A stretch of DNA of 64,000 bases from Candidatus Zixiibacteriota bacterium (GCA_043819555.1 JBDREQ010000064.1:18026-82025), one strand, 5' to 3'; counted from the first letter of the stretch, positions 30,774 through 41,024 are shown. Translations and numbers: made by a program. The notes: generated from the sequence alone by a model not told the origin.

Positions 30774-31988
30774 CTAATTAGTTGCGAATATAGCGTTCAA
30801 TATATCCAGGAGCCATTGCATTGATTCACTGCCCCAGGCATTAGCGATTGTTGCGGCCATCGTGCCCAGTAAGATGGCGCACATTGCCATAATCTTTCCG
30901 ATATCCTGCCCTTTTAATGATCCCAGCTGTTTGGGATCGCCCGATAGATAAGCCGACGCTGCAAATAATTCTTCACCAATTAAAGTGTAATCGCAGGCGG
31001 CCACAAAAAACGGCAACTGACCTGGGCGAGCCGTACCGGCGATTTGAATCGCCCCGATACTATTACCGGTCTCGGCCAGAATCAGGGACTCCGCGAAAAA
31101 AGCGCCCAAATACAGACAGGTCGCCGGCTTTTCGCGCACCATGATTCCATTCACAGCCGCTACAAATCCAAACTGCTCATCGGTGATATACTGAACCATA
31201 TCGTCGCTGTATCCATCAGGGCGTCCGGCCGACATATATGCTTCTTTTATTGTTTCTCGGGCGGAAGTCATTACCAATGAGCGCGAGACAGGCATCCTTA
31301 TTTTACTATCATAGTCGGCAATAACTCGGGCAACTCGCCCCAAAATAGTTATCCCCGCAATTGTTTGAACATCGTCCATATCCTGAATACCGGCTATAAA
31401 TAAAATCGGGCGTCCCATTTCGGTTGCGCGGCCAACCGCCTCTTCAATCGCTTCCAAACCCGCGATTTTTCTAATAAAAAATTTGCGCCCGCCCTTTACA
31501 GACAATATAAAGCCTATGACCGAACCGCAAACGATAAAGGCCAGAATCAGAATATTCAATTGACCAAAATTAAAAAACTCCCATGTTGCCGCTGCGGGCC
31601 GTGATGGTTCCGAAATAGATTCACCGGCCGAATTATACGCCGCGACTTTATACTGATAAGGGATATCGTTTTCTAACTCCTGGTCACTATAAGTAGTCTG
31701 GCCAATTATTAAATCGGTAATGTGTTCAAAATCGTTGTCCGACTGTGAACGATATAGTTTGTATCCGAGAATATTATCGGGATCGTCAGGGGATTTTTCC
31801 CAGGTCACGATTAATATTCCACCGGCGTCATATACCGCGTTTTGGGCAGTTACATTAGTCGCCGGCAGAGGCAGAGAAACAACCAAAGAATCGGCCAATT
31901 CATCAATTGGAGTTACTTCCTCGGCGAAAACCGCCAATGAAGATATGAGACAAAACGTAAGTGCCGGCGCTAAGAATATCTTATTCAT
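30774..31988 (-). CDS. Cassette subunit A, copy 2
   Basis: ATG 31988 (TAATG overlap with D1); FN3 (W...GYKLYRS...YQYKVAAYN); GRATEMGRP...ACDYTLIGEELFAASAYL. Confidence 0.87.
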   Translation of the reverse strand: MNKIFLAPALTFCLISSLAVFAEEVTPIDELADSLVVSLPLPATNVTAQNAVYDAGGILIVTWEKSPDDPDNILGYKLYRSQSDNDFEHITDLIIGQTTYSDQELENDIPYQYKVAAYNSAGESISEPSRPAAATWEFFNFGQLNILILAFIVCGSVIGFILSVKGGRKFFIRKIAGLEAIEEAVGRATEMGRPILFIAGIQDMDDVQTIAGITILGRVARVIADYDSKIRMPVSRSLVMTSARETIKEAYMSAGRPDGYSDDMVQYITDEQFGFVAAVNGIMVREKPATCLYLGAFFAESLILAETGNSIGAIQIAGTARPGQLPFFVAACDYTLIGEELFAASAYLSGDPKQLGSLKGQDIGKIMAMCAILLGTMAATIANAWGSESMQWLLDILNAIFATN

Positions 31989-32617
31989 TACGGTAATAAT
32001 CCGAGCCATTGATCAAAAAGAAAATCAAGTCTTCCAAGCATAAGCGACATACGGCTCATTACCGTATATCCGAATGAAGCTCCAAAGGTGGCCATCAAAA
32101 ACCAAATGCCGACCTTTGCGGTCGCTCCAAAAAGCCCTTTATGTTCTTTACTGAAGAAGAAATAAACAAGGCCAGAACAGACTCCAACAATAATAATCAA
32201 GTTGTTTATAAAGAGACTGGCTCCGCCCCCAAAAAGAGGCACAATTGTTGCCGAAACCTGTTGCATGGCATTAGAGACAAAGTACATCATCATATATAAA
32301 CCGGCCGTCGCGCCGACTATGAAAGCAAGCGGCCATCGCGCTATCCAGCCAATCTTATCAAAAAGGCGGGCCAGCATAAGAACTCCCAAAATAAAACCGA
32401 ACCATGGATAAATTAAGGGATCTGTGGCAAAAACTGTTTGTTCCAGAAATTTACTGTACATCATGTCCCAAAAATAGACGACAAACCAGTAACCGGCCGA
32501 AGCGCCGACAAAGATCGCCTCACTTATCTTGTAGAACACATTGTCTTTATATAAGAAAGAGATAATGCCCAAAGTCAAAAGAGCAGCTACCCAAATGCCA
32601 AATACTTCCCAGCTCAT
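31988..32617 (-). CDS. Cassette subunit D, copy 1
   Basis: SFLYKDNVFYKISE, YFFFSKEHKG, FGASFGYTVMSR; ATGA overlap with C1. Confidence 0.87.
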   Translation of the reverse strand: MSWEVFGIWVAALLTLGIISFLYKDNVFYKISEAIFVGASAGYWFVVYFWDMMYSKFLEQTVFATDPLIYPWFGFILGVLMLARLFDKIGWIARWPLAFIVGATAGLYMMMYFVSNAMQQVSATIVPLFGGGASLFINNLIIIVGVCSGLVYFFFSKEHKGLFGATAKVGIWFLMATFGASFGYTVMSRMSLMLGRLDFLFDQWLGLLP

Positions 32618-33609
32618 GACTTTTTCTCCTTCTTTTTCTTATCCCGAAGATAGGCGACATTACCAATTATTATAAAACCGATCACTACGATATGCGCGAA
32701 CGATTGTGATAATAAAAACGTGGTTGCCTTGCCCATATATTCAGTCAGCAATTCAAATTCAGCCGCGCCTGACATGCCTCCCATTAATCCGATTAATTGC
32801 CCCGAATTGACATAAGGATAAGCCATTGGAGCCTGAACCGCGGTATTCCCGGCTCCCATTTTTAGATTATATCTATCAACGGCCAATTGAACCCATTCAA
32901 CGGTTCCCGGCTTACCGGCAGAAAGATTTATCGAATAATCTATATTTGTAAAATTCGAAACGTTGCGCACCAATGGGATCGAATCATAAATTCGTCCATT
33001 CATATCGCGCGGGAATGTTGCCCGAATCGATTCGCCCATGCGCAGGATTACGAATTCATTCCCTGATTGAAAACCAAGATTGCAATAATCAACCCCATCA
33101 ACCTTCTGCGTCCGCCATTCAGGATTTTCCACAAAAGCCGCCTCAAGCGCAAGCTGCGCCTGCTGCGGACCCATGGGCCACAAACCCATAATAATTAAAT
33201 TCAAATCATGCTCGAAGGCGTATTTGATTATGCATTCCGCCATTGGTTGTAATTCTGGCGCGGACGGGGGATCATAATCAAAAGAAACCAATATGGTCGA
33301 ACCCGACTGCAGTTCAACCAATCCATCATAGACGCCTCGAACTTCAGCTGAGATTTGAATGGGAAGGGTGAATTGCATGAAAAATGGCAGGAGCAGCGAA
33401 ATGCCAATCAATAAAAATACCATCCGACGCTTAACATATTTCCCTTGCAACGTCCTGACAAAAATAATAACGAAAACCAGAAACATCAGGATGATGATGA
33501 CCGTCGAAACCGTAGTCGAAAACCGAAGCGGTCCCTTCATAAAGTAACAAACAAGAAAAAATATGGCGATTAACACCGTTGCAATAATTTCTTTCATCCT
33601 GATAGTCAT
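32614..33609 (-). CDS. Cassette subunit C, copy 1
   Basis: SFDYDPPSAPELQPMA, YPYVNSGQLIGLMGGMSGAAEFE; three N-terminal TMs; TGATG overlap with B1. Confidence 0.87.
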   Translation of the reverse strand: MTIRMKEIIATVLIAIFFLVCYFMKGPLRFSTTVSTVIIILMFLVFVIIFVRTLQGKYVKRRMVFLLIGISLLLPFFMQFTLPIQISAEVRGVYDGLVELQSGSTILVSFDYDPPSAPELQPMAECIIKYAFEHDLNLIIMGLWPMGPQQAQLALEAAFVENPEWRTQKVDGVDYCNLGFQSGNEFVILRMGESIRATFPRDMNGRIYDSIPLVRNVSNFTNIDYSINLSAGKPGTVEWVQLAVDRYNLKMGAGNTAVQAPMAYPYVNSGQLIGLMGGMSGAAEFELLTEYMGKATTFLLSQSFAHIVVIGFIIIGNVAYLRDKKKKEKKS

Positions 33610-34256
33610 CAATCACCCCCCAGATACGATCGTTCAAGCCCAATAATAATTCGCAGAGAGTTGGAAACCAATCCGAGGGCGATACCCATCATAATCGCCC
33701 GCTGTCCGGCAGTATTAAGAACATTCATTATCCAGTTAGCCCATTGAGACATTTGATATTTGTAAGGAAGCCAGGAGGTAATAAGATCCCCTACCGGAAC
33801 CCGTCCAAGCATTACAAAAAACGCAGCCAAAAGTAATATGGTCGCCTCAAAATTGCGAGCCCTGAAGGCTCGATAAGAAGCTGAGGCTACAAAAAACGCC
33901 AGCAGAGCAAACATAGTCGATGACAACGAACTATAGACATTGATATAAAGCCAGTCAAATGCCGTGCCAGGGTTTCGAAATTCTATCCCGCCAGCAAATC
34001 CGGCAATAGCAACGATTAAAAACGATATTATAATTATAACGGCATATGGCCAATCGGGACGTTTCCTGAAAATTTTTATGCTGGAAATTTTAATCAGATT
34101 CAACGCGCCCAGCCAGATTGCGAAAGCGGCCACAATTAAAAACCAATCGGTAAACCATTTCTCAAATTCATAAAATGGCCAATGCGGTATGAAATAGGAT
34201 ATAACATACGCAACACCGACTACAAAGGTTATTATCAGGGGTATTTCTCGTCTCAT
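33609..34256 (-). CDS. Cassette subunit B, copy 1
   Basis: MRREIP, STMFALLAFFVASASYRAFRA, AGQRAIMMG, IIGLERSYLG. Confidence 0.87.
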   Translation of the reverse strand: MRREIPLIITFVVGVAYVISYFIPHWPFYEFEKWFTDWFLIVAAFAIWLGALNLIKISSIKIFRKRPDWPYAVIIIISFLIVAIAGFAGGIEFRNPGTAFDWLYINVYSSLSSTMFALLAFFVASASYRAFRARNFEATILLLAAFFVMLGRVPVGDLITSWLPYKYQMSQWANWIMNVLNTAGQRAIMMGIALGLVSNSLRIIIGLERSYLGGD

Positions 34257-34283
34257 CAAAAATCCCTTATATTTTCTATTTCG

Positions 34284-35543
34284 TTAATGGGCGGCAAACC
34301 ACTCCGAGATATTCCAATCCGGGTTAAGCGCCAGTAAGATTACACCAATTATAATCGCTGTCAGACAAAGCACTTTGCCTACGTCCTGCCCCTTAAGCGA
34401 TCCCAAGAGTTTTGGTTCGCCTGTCAAATATGCCGACGCCGCAAAAAGTTCCTCGCCAATTAAAGTGTAGTCGCAGGCCGCGACAAAGAACGGCAATTGT
34501 GCCGGCATGGCCGTGCCCGCTATTTGAATGGCGCCAATGCTGTTACCAGTTTCAGCCATGATTAGTGATTCAGCGAAGAAGGTACCGATCAGAAAAACTG
34601 TCGCCGGTTTTTCACGCACAAATAATCCGTCAATTGCTGCAGCATATCCGAATTGATCATCAGTAAGATATCTTACCTGATCTTCAATAAAAGAATCCGG
34701 CCGACCGGCTTTGCTGTATGCTTCTTTGACGACTTCTTTGGCCGTGACCATAACCATAGAACGGCAAACCGGTACATCTATTCGGGTATCGTTTTCGGCG
34801 GCAATCGTCGCAACCCGACCCAAAATTGACATACTGGCAAGGGTTTGAACATCATCCATATCATGAATGCCCGGAACATAATATATTGAACGCCCCATTT
34901 CCGTGGCACGTCCCACCGCATTCTCCACTTCTTCAATACCGGCAATTTTCCGGATATAAAATTTCTTCCCGCTTTTGGCCGCAAAGATAAAATAAATAAT
35001 TGAGGATGACAGCAGGATCGTACCGATAAAAATTACAAAGCGACTCATATTAAACCATTGAGAGACAGATTTCACAGGTCCAATCACGGCAGAACTACTC
35101 GATGTCGACCATAAAACATTCCCGCCCGTTTTGACAAAATTCACAGTAATGATTTTATAATAGTATTCCGTATCGGTAGGCGCCTGAAAATCAGTAAACG
35201 TAGTATGCCCTTGCGGGGTACTGCCCAGTTCCGTGAATTCTCCTTCCGGCGATGTACTGCGTAATATCTTATATTCCATTACATTGCCGCCTTCATAGTC
35301 GTCTGGCGATCTTTCCCAGTTGATTACAATGGCATCACCCTTATCATTTGCATTGTCAAAGGCGTTAATATCAAAGGCAGGCTGCGGGGTTAGTTCCTCC
35401 AAAAACGACGAATCATAAACCTGTTGGGCTAGAGTATCTGTATTTGATTCAACCGGTTCGGATTGAGCTATAGCTTTTGGTGAGGATAGTACTAATGAAA
35501 ATAGAACGGCATAAAAAGAAAAAACACTAAGTCGTTTAAGCAT
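34284..35543 (-). CDS. Cassette subunit A, copy 1
   Basis: Signal peptide, FN3-like domain, TM, GRATEMG...ACDYTLIGEELFAASAYL...GSLKGQD, C-terminal TM. Confidence 0.87.
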   Translation of the reverse strand: MLKRLSVFSFYAVLFSLVLSSPKAIAQSEPVESNTDTLAQQVYDSSFLEELTPQPAFDINAFDNANDKGDAIVINWERSPDDYEGGNVMEYKILRSTSPEGEFTELGSTPQGHTTFTDFQAPTDTEYYYKIITVNFVKTGGNVLWSTSSSSAVIGPVKSVSQWFNMSRFVIFIGTILLSSSIIYFIFAAKSGKKFYIRKIAGIEEVENAVGRATEMGRSIYYVPGIHDMDDVQTLASMSILGRVATIAAENDTRIDVPVCRSMVMVTAKEVVKEAYSKAGRPDSFIEDQVRYLTDDQFGYAAAIDGLFVREKPATVFLIGTFFAESLIMAETGNSIGAIQIAGTAMPAQLPFFVAACDYTLIGEELFAASAYLTGEPKLLGSLKGQDVGKVLCLTAIIIGVILLALNPDWNISEWFAAH

Positions 35544-35619
35544 AACGATTCCTTATTATTGTGCCGCCTATTATGCCCCGCACGATAGGGATTATGCGAA
35601 AATCCGGTTATATACTAAG

Positions 35620-35648
35620 ACGATTGACACACAATTGTGTTCAATCGT
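35620..35648. promoter_or_regulatory. Near-perfect 29-bp palindrome in cassette operon leader
   Basis: ACGATTGA-C-ACACAATTGTGT-TCAATCGT. Confidence 0.55.
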
Positions 35649-35694
35649 TTTGAAATAGATTCACATATTATTAAAAGCGGCAAACATTGCGGAT

Positions 35695-35723
35695 AATGTA
35701 CACCCGACTCAAATTCAAGTCAA
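35695..35723 (-). promoter_or_regulatory. Sigma70-type promoter of the cassette operon
   Basis: TTGACT-N17-TACATT, ~150 nt upstream of the A1 start. Confidence 0.65.
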
Positions 35724-36335
35724 GCCAAATATGTGTTATGTTTTTTTGGGGGGGGTGGTTTCCATAGGATTATTCCGCATCAGGCGGGGATGCAAAAAAA
35801 TGGTTGCGATAAATTCATTTTGCTTCCCAATATTCCATTGACTGAAGAACCCAATCCGTTTTGACCATAATTAACACCCCCTGAACCTTGTCCACCGGCA
35901 TCAACTGCAATAATATCGGCCTCAATTTTCCTGAAGTTTTGTAGCCATATATAAATTCGAGCGCTAAGGGTCAAATTGGGAACGGTCTGCAATAAGTATC
36001 CAGTCTCTGCTTTGATATCAAGACTATTTTTGATCTGCTGCAGTAATCCGACAAATAAGATACCCGGAAGAATCTGAGGTGTTATTTGAAGTCTCCATTA
36101 TTATCCAAAATCCATATGTAATATATTTTATTTGACGCTTTACAATTCAGCTTGGATTGATTATAATGGCGCCATTCGCCGGTTAGATATTATAGTCTTG
36201 ATTATGGTAGATTATGAAATAGGTTTTTAATACCATTTGGGAAGCGAACTGACGGATGATCACGTCGGCCCGGATGTTCCGCGCCGACCGTCTGTTTTTA
36301 ACAAAAATATTGGGCTAGGAGATTTGGAGAATTTC

Positions 36336-37817
36336 ATGAAACAAATTCGCTTGATTGCAATCAAAGGCTTATGGGCGCTGTGCCTGGCGATAATAATTAC
36401 TGCCTGCTCGGATTTAGCTGGCCAGGGGAAAATACCTATTACATCTTCTTCGGAGAAAGCTCTGGAGTACTATTATCAGGGATTGGATATGGCTGATAAT
36501 CTTCAGACTCAACAAGCCCGGCTTCTTTTCCAAAAGGCTATAGAAATTGATCCCAAGTTTGCTATGGCTCATTTGCAGCTGGCTGCCGTTCAGCCAACAA
36601 CTAATGAATTTCTTGAAAGCTTTAATAATGCAAAAGCCCTCATAAATAATGTGTCGCAAGCGGAACGATTATGGATCCTTGGATATGAGGCGGCGAACAT
36701 TACCGGTATCCCAAAGGCACAGTTGGAGAATTTTCAAGAACTCGCAAATTTATACCCCGGCGACGAGCGGGCACATTATTTATTGGGTGGATATTATTTT
36801 GGTCAGCAGGACTGGGAATCGGCAATAGCTAAATTTAAGCAGGCCGCGAAAATAAACCCAGAGTTCTCGCCACTATATAATCAAATGGGCTATGCCCTTG
36901 TGTTTACTGAACGTTACGATGAGGCTGAAATTACTTTTAAGAAGTATATTGAACTGATCCCTCAGGATCCTAATCCTTATGATTCATACGCCGAACTCCT
37001 AATGAAAACGGGGCGCTACGATGAGGCAATTGAACAATATAAAAAGGTTTTGGAAATTAAACCCGATTTCTTAACCTCATATGTTGGCATTGCCACCAAT
37101 CTCAATTTTATTGGGAAATATGAGGAAGCTCGAAAACAATTACAGATTATGTGTGATTTAGCCGGAGATGTCGGCCAACAGCGGTTAGCCAATTCCGCCA
37201 TGGCGTATTCATATATAGATGAAGGCGATTTCGATCAAGGGCTTAAACAATACGACAAAAATTATGCGATAGCTGAAGCCTTAGGAGATACTTCCTTAAT
37301 GGCTGGAGACCTGGCTCTTATGGGATTTGCCCTGGTTGAAGTAAAAGGACGCGAAATGGAGGCTTTGGATAAATTCAATAAAGCAACAGCTATGATACAA
37401 GCTTCATCGCTTGCTGATAGAACCAAAGCTATTAACAGGCAAGGCCACCGCTATAACGCCAGCCGAGCATATGTGGCCATGGGAAATATTGAAGAAGCCC
37501 GAAAATATGCCGCCGAATATCGCGCAGAGGCTGAAGCCGCCAATAATCAGAACCAGATTAAGACGGTATGCCAATTGGATGGATTAATTGCTTCGGAAGA
37601 AGGCAAATATGACCAGGCAATTGAATATTTCTTAAATTCAAATCTACAGAACCCCTGGAACTTCTTTCATCTTGCCAAAGCGTATGAACGCAATGGTGAC
37701 CGCGTTAATGCCAAAAAGTACTATGAAAAAGCAGCCTACTTCAATGGACTCAACAGCAGCCCTCTGGCATGTATAAGGGTTCAGGCTAAAGAACGAGCCG
37801 AAGCAATGCAGGACTGA
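36336..37817 (+). CDS. TPR-repeat lipoprotein
   Basis: Start refined to ATG 36336 after GGAG; lipobox ITAC; many TPRs (AIEIDPKFAMAH, PNPYDSYAE). Confidence 0.85.
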   Translation: MKQIRLIAIKGLWALCLAIIITACSDLAGQGKIPITSSSEKALEYYYQGLDMADNLQTQQARLLFQKAIEIDPKFAMAHLQLAAVQPTTNEFLESFNNAKALINNVSQAERLWILGYEAANITGIPKAQLENFQELANLYPGDERAHYLLGGYYFGQQDWESAIAKFKQAAKINPEFSPLYNQMGYALVFTERYDEAEITFKKYIELIPQDPNPYDSYAELLMKTGRYDEAIEQYKKVLEIKPDFLTSYVGIATNLNFIGKYEEARKQLQIMCDLAGDVGQQRLANSAMAYSYIDEGDFDQGLKQYDKNYAIAEALGDTSLMAGDLALMGFALVEVKGREMEALDKFNKATAMIQASSLADRTKAINRQGHRYNASRAYVAMGNIEEARKYAAEYRAEAEAANNQNQIKTVCQLDGLIASEEGKYDQAIEYFLNSNLQNPWNFFHLAKAYERNGDRVNAKKYYEKAAYFNGLNSSPLACIRVQAKERAEAMQD

Positions 37818-37839
37818 TCTATCAGTATGCGAATATTAT

Positions 37840-37865
37840 TTGACTGGGGCGACCGCCCCAGTCAA
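37840..37865. repeat. Perfect hairpin after TPR gene (terminator or REP-like)
   Basis: TTGACTGGGGCG-AC-CGCCCCAGTCAA. Confidence 0.6.
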
Positions 37866-38078
37866 TTCATAGTCTCAGAATAGACAAATACTTAATGGAA
37901 CTCCTGGCCGGTTTTTTCTCCAAAGGCGGTCGTTAATAAATTCCAGATGAATCAAAACTTGATAATATTTAAAAACTTCATTTCAGAATTATTGCAACAA
38001 ATGATTTGTGTTATATATTTAAATGAACTATTGGTAATGTGATCAAAAATTTACAGACAATAAGATGATTATCAAATT

Positions 38079-39593
38079 ATGAAACGTTTTTCAATTATTG
38101 AATATACAAAAAGGTATCCAATCATCCCGCCTATTTTACTTGCTCTGATCTGTCTTATTCCATGGATTCTTAATCTATACCCATTATTTTTTGTATCCCC
38201 TGATGTTGCATATGTGAAGGCAAAAATTCTGTGGGTATTGGAGGGCGAACTATTTAAAGACCCTGTAACCGGTTACACGAATATGCACCCGCCTCTTTAT
38301 CACCTCTTCCTTGCGGCATTAAATTCAATTGGAATTCCGATTAATTTTCTCTTATGGATTATTTCAATATTGAATGTCATTATGATTTTTATTTTCTCAT
38401 TTAAAATAAACCAGCGATTATTTAATCAAAACACTGCCATCGTTGCGGCAGCATTAATGCCGTTTATTGTTGAATATATGGGTTGCGGTAATCTTCTCTT
38501 GCCAACCGCTTTTTATTTCGGCCTGCCTTTTTTTCTAATTGGGGTTTGGTTATACTTACACCCGAATAGAACGCTCAAGCACATTTTTCTATTCTCAATT
38601 TTCTGGGGACTTGCATTCCTGATTTCTCCCGTATATATTTTCCTAATCGGTTTTTCCTTAATTTATGAATTACTAATTAATCGCAATTACCGTCTTTTTA
38701 TTAATTCCGCATTCGTACTTGTGATTATGCTAATCCCTTTTTTCTATCAAGCATATATTGTGTATACCCATGGGCTCTTTGGCACTTCCGCTTTTTCTTT
38801 CTGGCGCGGGTACCCGAATCTCGAATATTTCAAAAACCTCCTGCAATACATTATCAATCCAACTATGAAATCATGGAGCAATCCTTTGATTTGGATTGCC
38901 CCAATACTTTCCGGGCTGGGAATCTGGGGACTATTACGAGGATTACCAAAAGCAGAATTCTCTCGTTTTAAATGGTTTCTGATAATTACTTTCCTGGCAT
39001 ATATTTTTACCTATTACAATTTTAAACCGCAATATGCCATACGGATTCATCTCATAATTTCTATCTTTCTGGCGGCTCTTGCGGTTGAGTACTTATTTCA
39101 TCGATTCAAAAATTCGCGCCTGCCAATTTTCGTACTATCAGGATTGATTATATGCGGAATGATTTATCACCAATACATTTATTTTACTGAGTACAAAAAT
39201 CAAAACGTTCACATGCTTGAATTTAACAAATCCAGGGCCGGTATCTCAAAAGTCCTAAAGCAAATTGTCCTCCCCGATGAATTTATTATTATCCATGCCG
39301 ATACCTATCGCCAGTATATCCTTCCGTTTTTTAAAGTCCATGCGCTGTTGGCATATAAATCAGGAGAGTATTTCCAGCTTAACGCAAAATTATCCGATGA
39401 AATGCTGAATGATTATGAAGTGTTAATGAAATGCGATACACAAGATTGTATCAACTCCATTAGCAATAAATATACTATGGTCATTGCTATAGCAAGCGGA
39501 AATGATTTTGATTATCCGGTATTTCAATTGATCAACAAATCATGGCCATGCGTCTATAACGACAACTATTTTAGAATTTATCATAAGCCCTGA
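38079..39593 (+). CDS. Multi-pass membrane protein, GT-C-fold glycosyltransferase-like (ArnT/PMT-type)
   Basis: Roughly 11 TM segments, early loop SPD..Y, HPPLY motif, C-terminal soluble domain; AT-rich. Confidence 0.6.
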   Translation: MKRFSIIEYTKRYPIIPPILLALICLIPWILNLYPLFFVSPDVAYVKAKILWVLEGELFKDPVTGYTNMHPPLYHLFLAALNSIGIPINFLLWIISILNVIMIFIFSFKINQRLFNQNTAIVAAALMPFIVEYMGCGNLLLPTAFYFGLPFFLIGVWLYLHPNRTLKHIFLFSIFWGLAFLISPVYIFLIGFSLIYELLINRNYRLFINSAFVLVIMLIPFFYQAYIVYTHGLFGTSAFSFWRGYPNLEYFKNLLQYIINPTMKSWSNPLIWIAPILSGLGIWGLLRGLPKAEFSRFKWFLIITFLAYIFTYYNFKPQYAIRIHLIISIFLAALAVEYLFHRFKNSRLPIFVLSGLIICGMIYHQYIYFTEYKNQNVHMLEFNKSRAGISKVLKQIVLPDEFIIIHADTYRQYILPFFKVHALLAYKSGEYFQLNAKLSDEMLNDYEVLMKCDTQDCINSISNKYTMVIAIASGNDFDYPVFQLINKSWPCVYNDNYFRIYHKP

Positions 39594-39762
39594 GATATAT
39601 ACTGTTTATCAAAATATACAAGTCAGTGGCATGTCAGGCTTCAAATAACCTTAGCGAATTGGAATCTCAAAAAGGAGCACAATTTCTTACAATCAATCTT
39701 TCGTTTCCCACTTGAATTGATTATAATAACGGCAGGTCAACCAAACCGATAGGGGTTGCAAA

Positions 39763-40233
39763 ATGCCTGAAAAAACCTGCCTCTTAAAAGAAGAACAGAT
39801 CAAGTTGTGGCGTAAATATATTAAACCAAATATTAATGATTCGTTGAGCTTTGCGCCCGATGACAAACTCGATTGGGCGCCGGCCGAAGGGATGATGACT
39901 TTTGGCCAGGTTTTTGTTCATATTGCCGAGACATCTGACTGGTGGTATGACGAGGTGATGAAGAATAATATCAGCGTCGAGTTGACCAGCAAGACTATCG
40001 AAAGCAAAAAAGAGATCGCCGCGCATCTCGATGCACACTGGAATCGGATGGATCGATTTTTCTCAGAACCTCAGGAAGCTCTGGAGAAACAGTACAGCTT
40101 CAAACATGAAGACAAGACTTTTACTTTTTCCGGGAACTGGATTTTCACTCACTTGCTCGAGCATGACAGCCACCATCGCAGCCAGATTCATCAATATTTG
40201 CGCATCCTCGGCATCACCCCACCACGGGTGTGA
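39763..40233 (+). CDS. DinB/YfiT-family protein
   Basis: WAP...MTFGQVFVHIA and HLLEHDSHHRSQI..YLR.LG..PP. Confidence 0.88.
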   Translation: MPEKTCLLKEEQIKLWRKYIKPNINDSLSFAPDDKLDWAPAEGMMTFGQVFVHIAETSDWWYDEVMKNNISVELTSKTIESKKEIAAHLDAHWNRMDRFFSEPQEALEKQYSFKHEDKTFTFSGNWIFTHLLEHDSHHRSQIHQYLRILGITPPRV

Positions 40234-40316
40234 GGCCAGTTTACTTATAGATTAGAAGCTTAGGCGGTCTCTTTCGATAAATATCCCTTCCCACAGCAAA
40301 GTTTTGGGCCACAGGG

Positions 40317-41012
40317 TTATTCTTGAATTGAAGCTTTTAAAATGAATTGGCTTAGTTTTTTGATGCGTTTTTCAAAATCGATTATTCCAGGTTTTTCATC
40401 TATTATTGAATTCACATACTCATAATAATGCGCGCAGATGCTTGACAAAAAACCTATTAGCATTATAAAAACTCCATCTATATAATTGTCATCAACAGTA
40501 GGATGGAATTTCAAGATCGAATAATTATTGACCTTTTGTCCATAATTTGCAATCTGTGAGAATTCGGCATGCTTCATTTGACTAATTTTACCCCATCCTT
40601 TATTACTTATAACTGTTGGAATATTTTCCTTCTTTAGCCTCTTTCTAACTTCCTTAGATTTTAATTTCCCCTTTAATAAATATTCCATTTCGTGAGGAAA
40701 TTGGCTGGCAAAAGCTATTTTTTCTATAGAATCATTTACTTCTCGAAAAAGTGACTCGGCTGTTGCATAATATCCATTTAATAATGCATGATAAATAGTT
40801 CTTATATCGCCGTTAGCTTTATTAGTTTGCATCAAAAATATTCGATTAAACAGCTTTTCATTACCGTTTTTTAATTGAATTTGCGACTCATTGACACACT
40901 CAATAAATAGTAAATAAGCATCCTTGAATATCATATTTAGGGTTGAGTATTCCTGCAAAACATAAGACTTATGATCGCATTCGAGAATATCAATATTTTC
41001 TGCGTCATTCAC
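40317..41012 (-). CDS. AT-rich hypothetical protein (DUF5677-like helical)
   Basis: 231-aa ORF starting 12 nt after guaA; LLNGYYATAESLFRE motif; visibly more AT-rich than flanks. Confidence 0.6.
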   Translation of the reverse strand: MNDAENIDILECDHKSYVLQEYSTLNMIFKDAYLLFIECVNESQIQLKNGNEKLFNRIFLMQTNKANGDIRTIYHALLNGYYATAESLFREVNDSIEKIAFASQFPHEMEYLLKGKLKSKEVRKRLKKENIPTVISNKGWGKISQMKHAEFSQIANYGQKVNNYSILKFHPTVDDNYIDGVFIMLIGFLSSICAHYYEYVNSIIDEKPGIIDFEKRIKKLSQFILKASIQE

Positions 41013-41024
41013 TTTTCCGCCGCC

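Noticed and set aside
35741..35755. T7-G8 homopolymer as phase-variation switch for the cassette operon
   Set aside because: Lies upstream of the -35 rather than in the spacer or a coding region, and is short
35780..36098. 70-aa minus-strand ORF and upstream short ORF
   Set aside because: TTG start without RBS and no recognisable motif; possibly decayed sequence but unsupported
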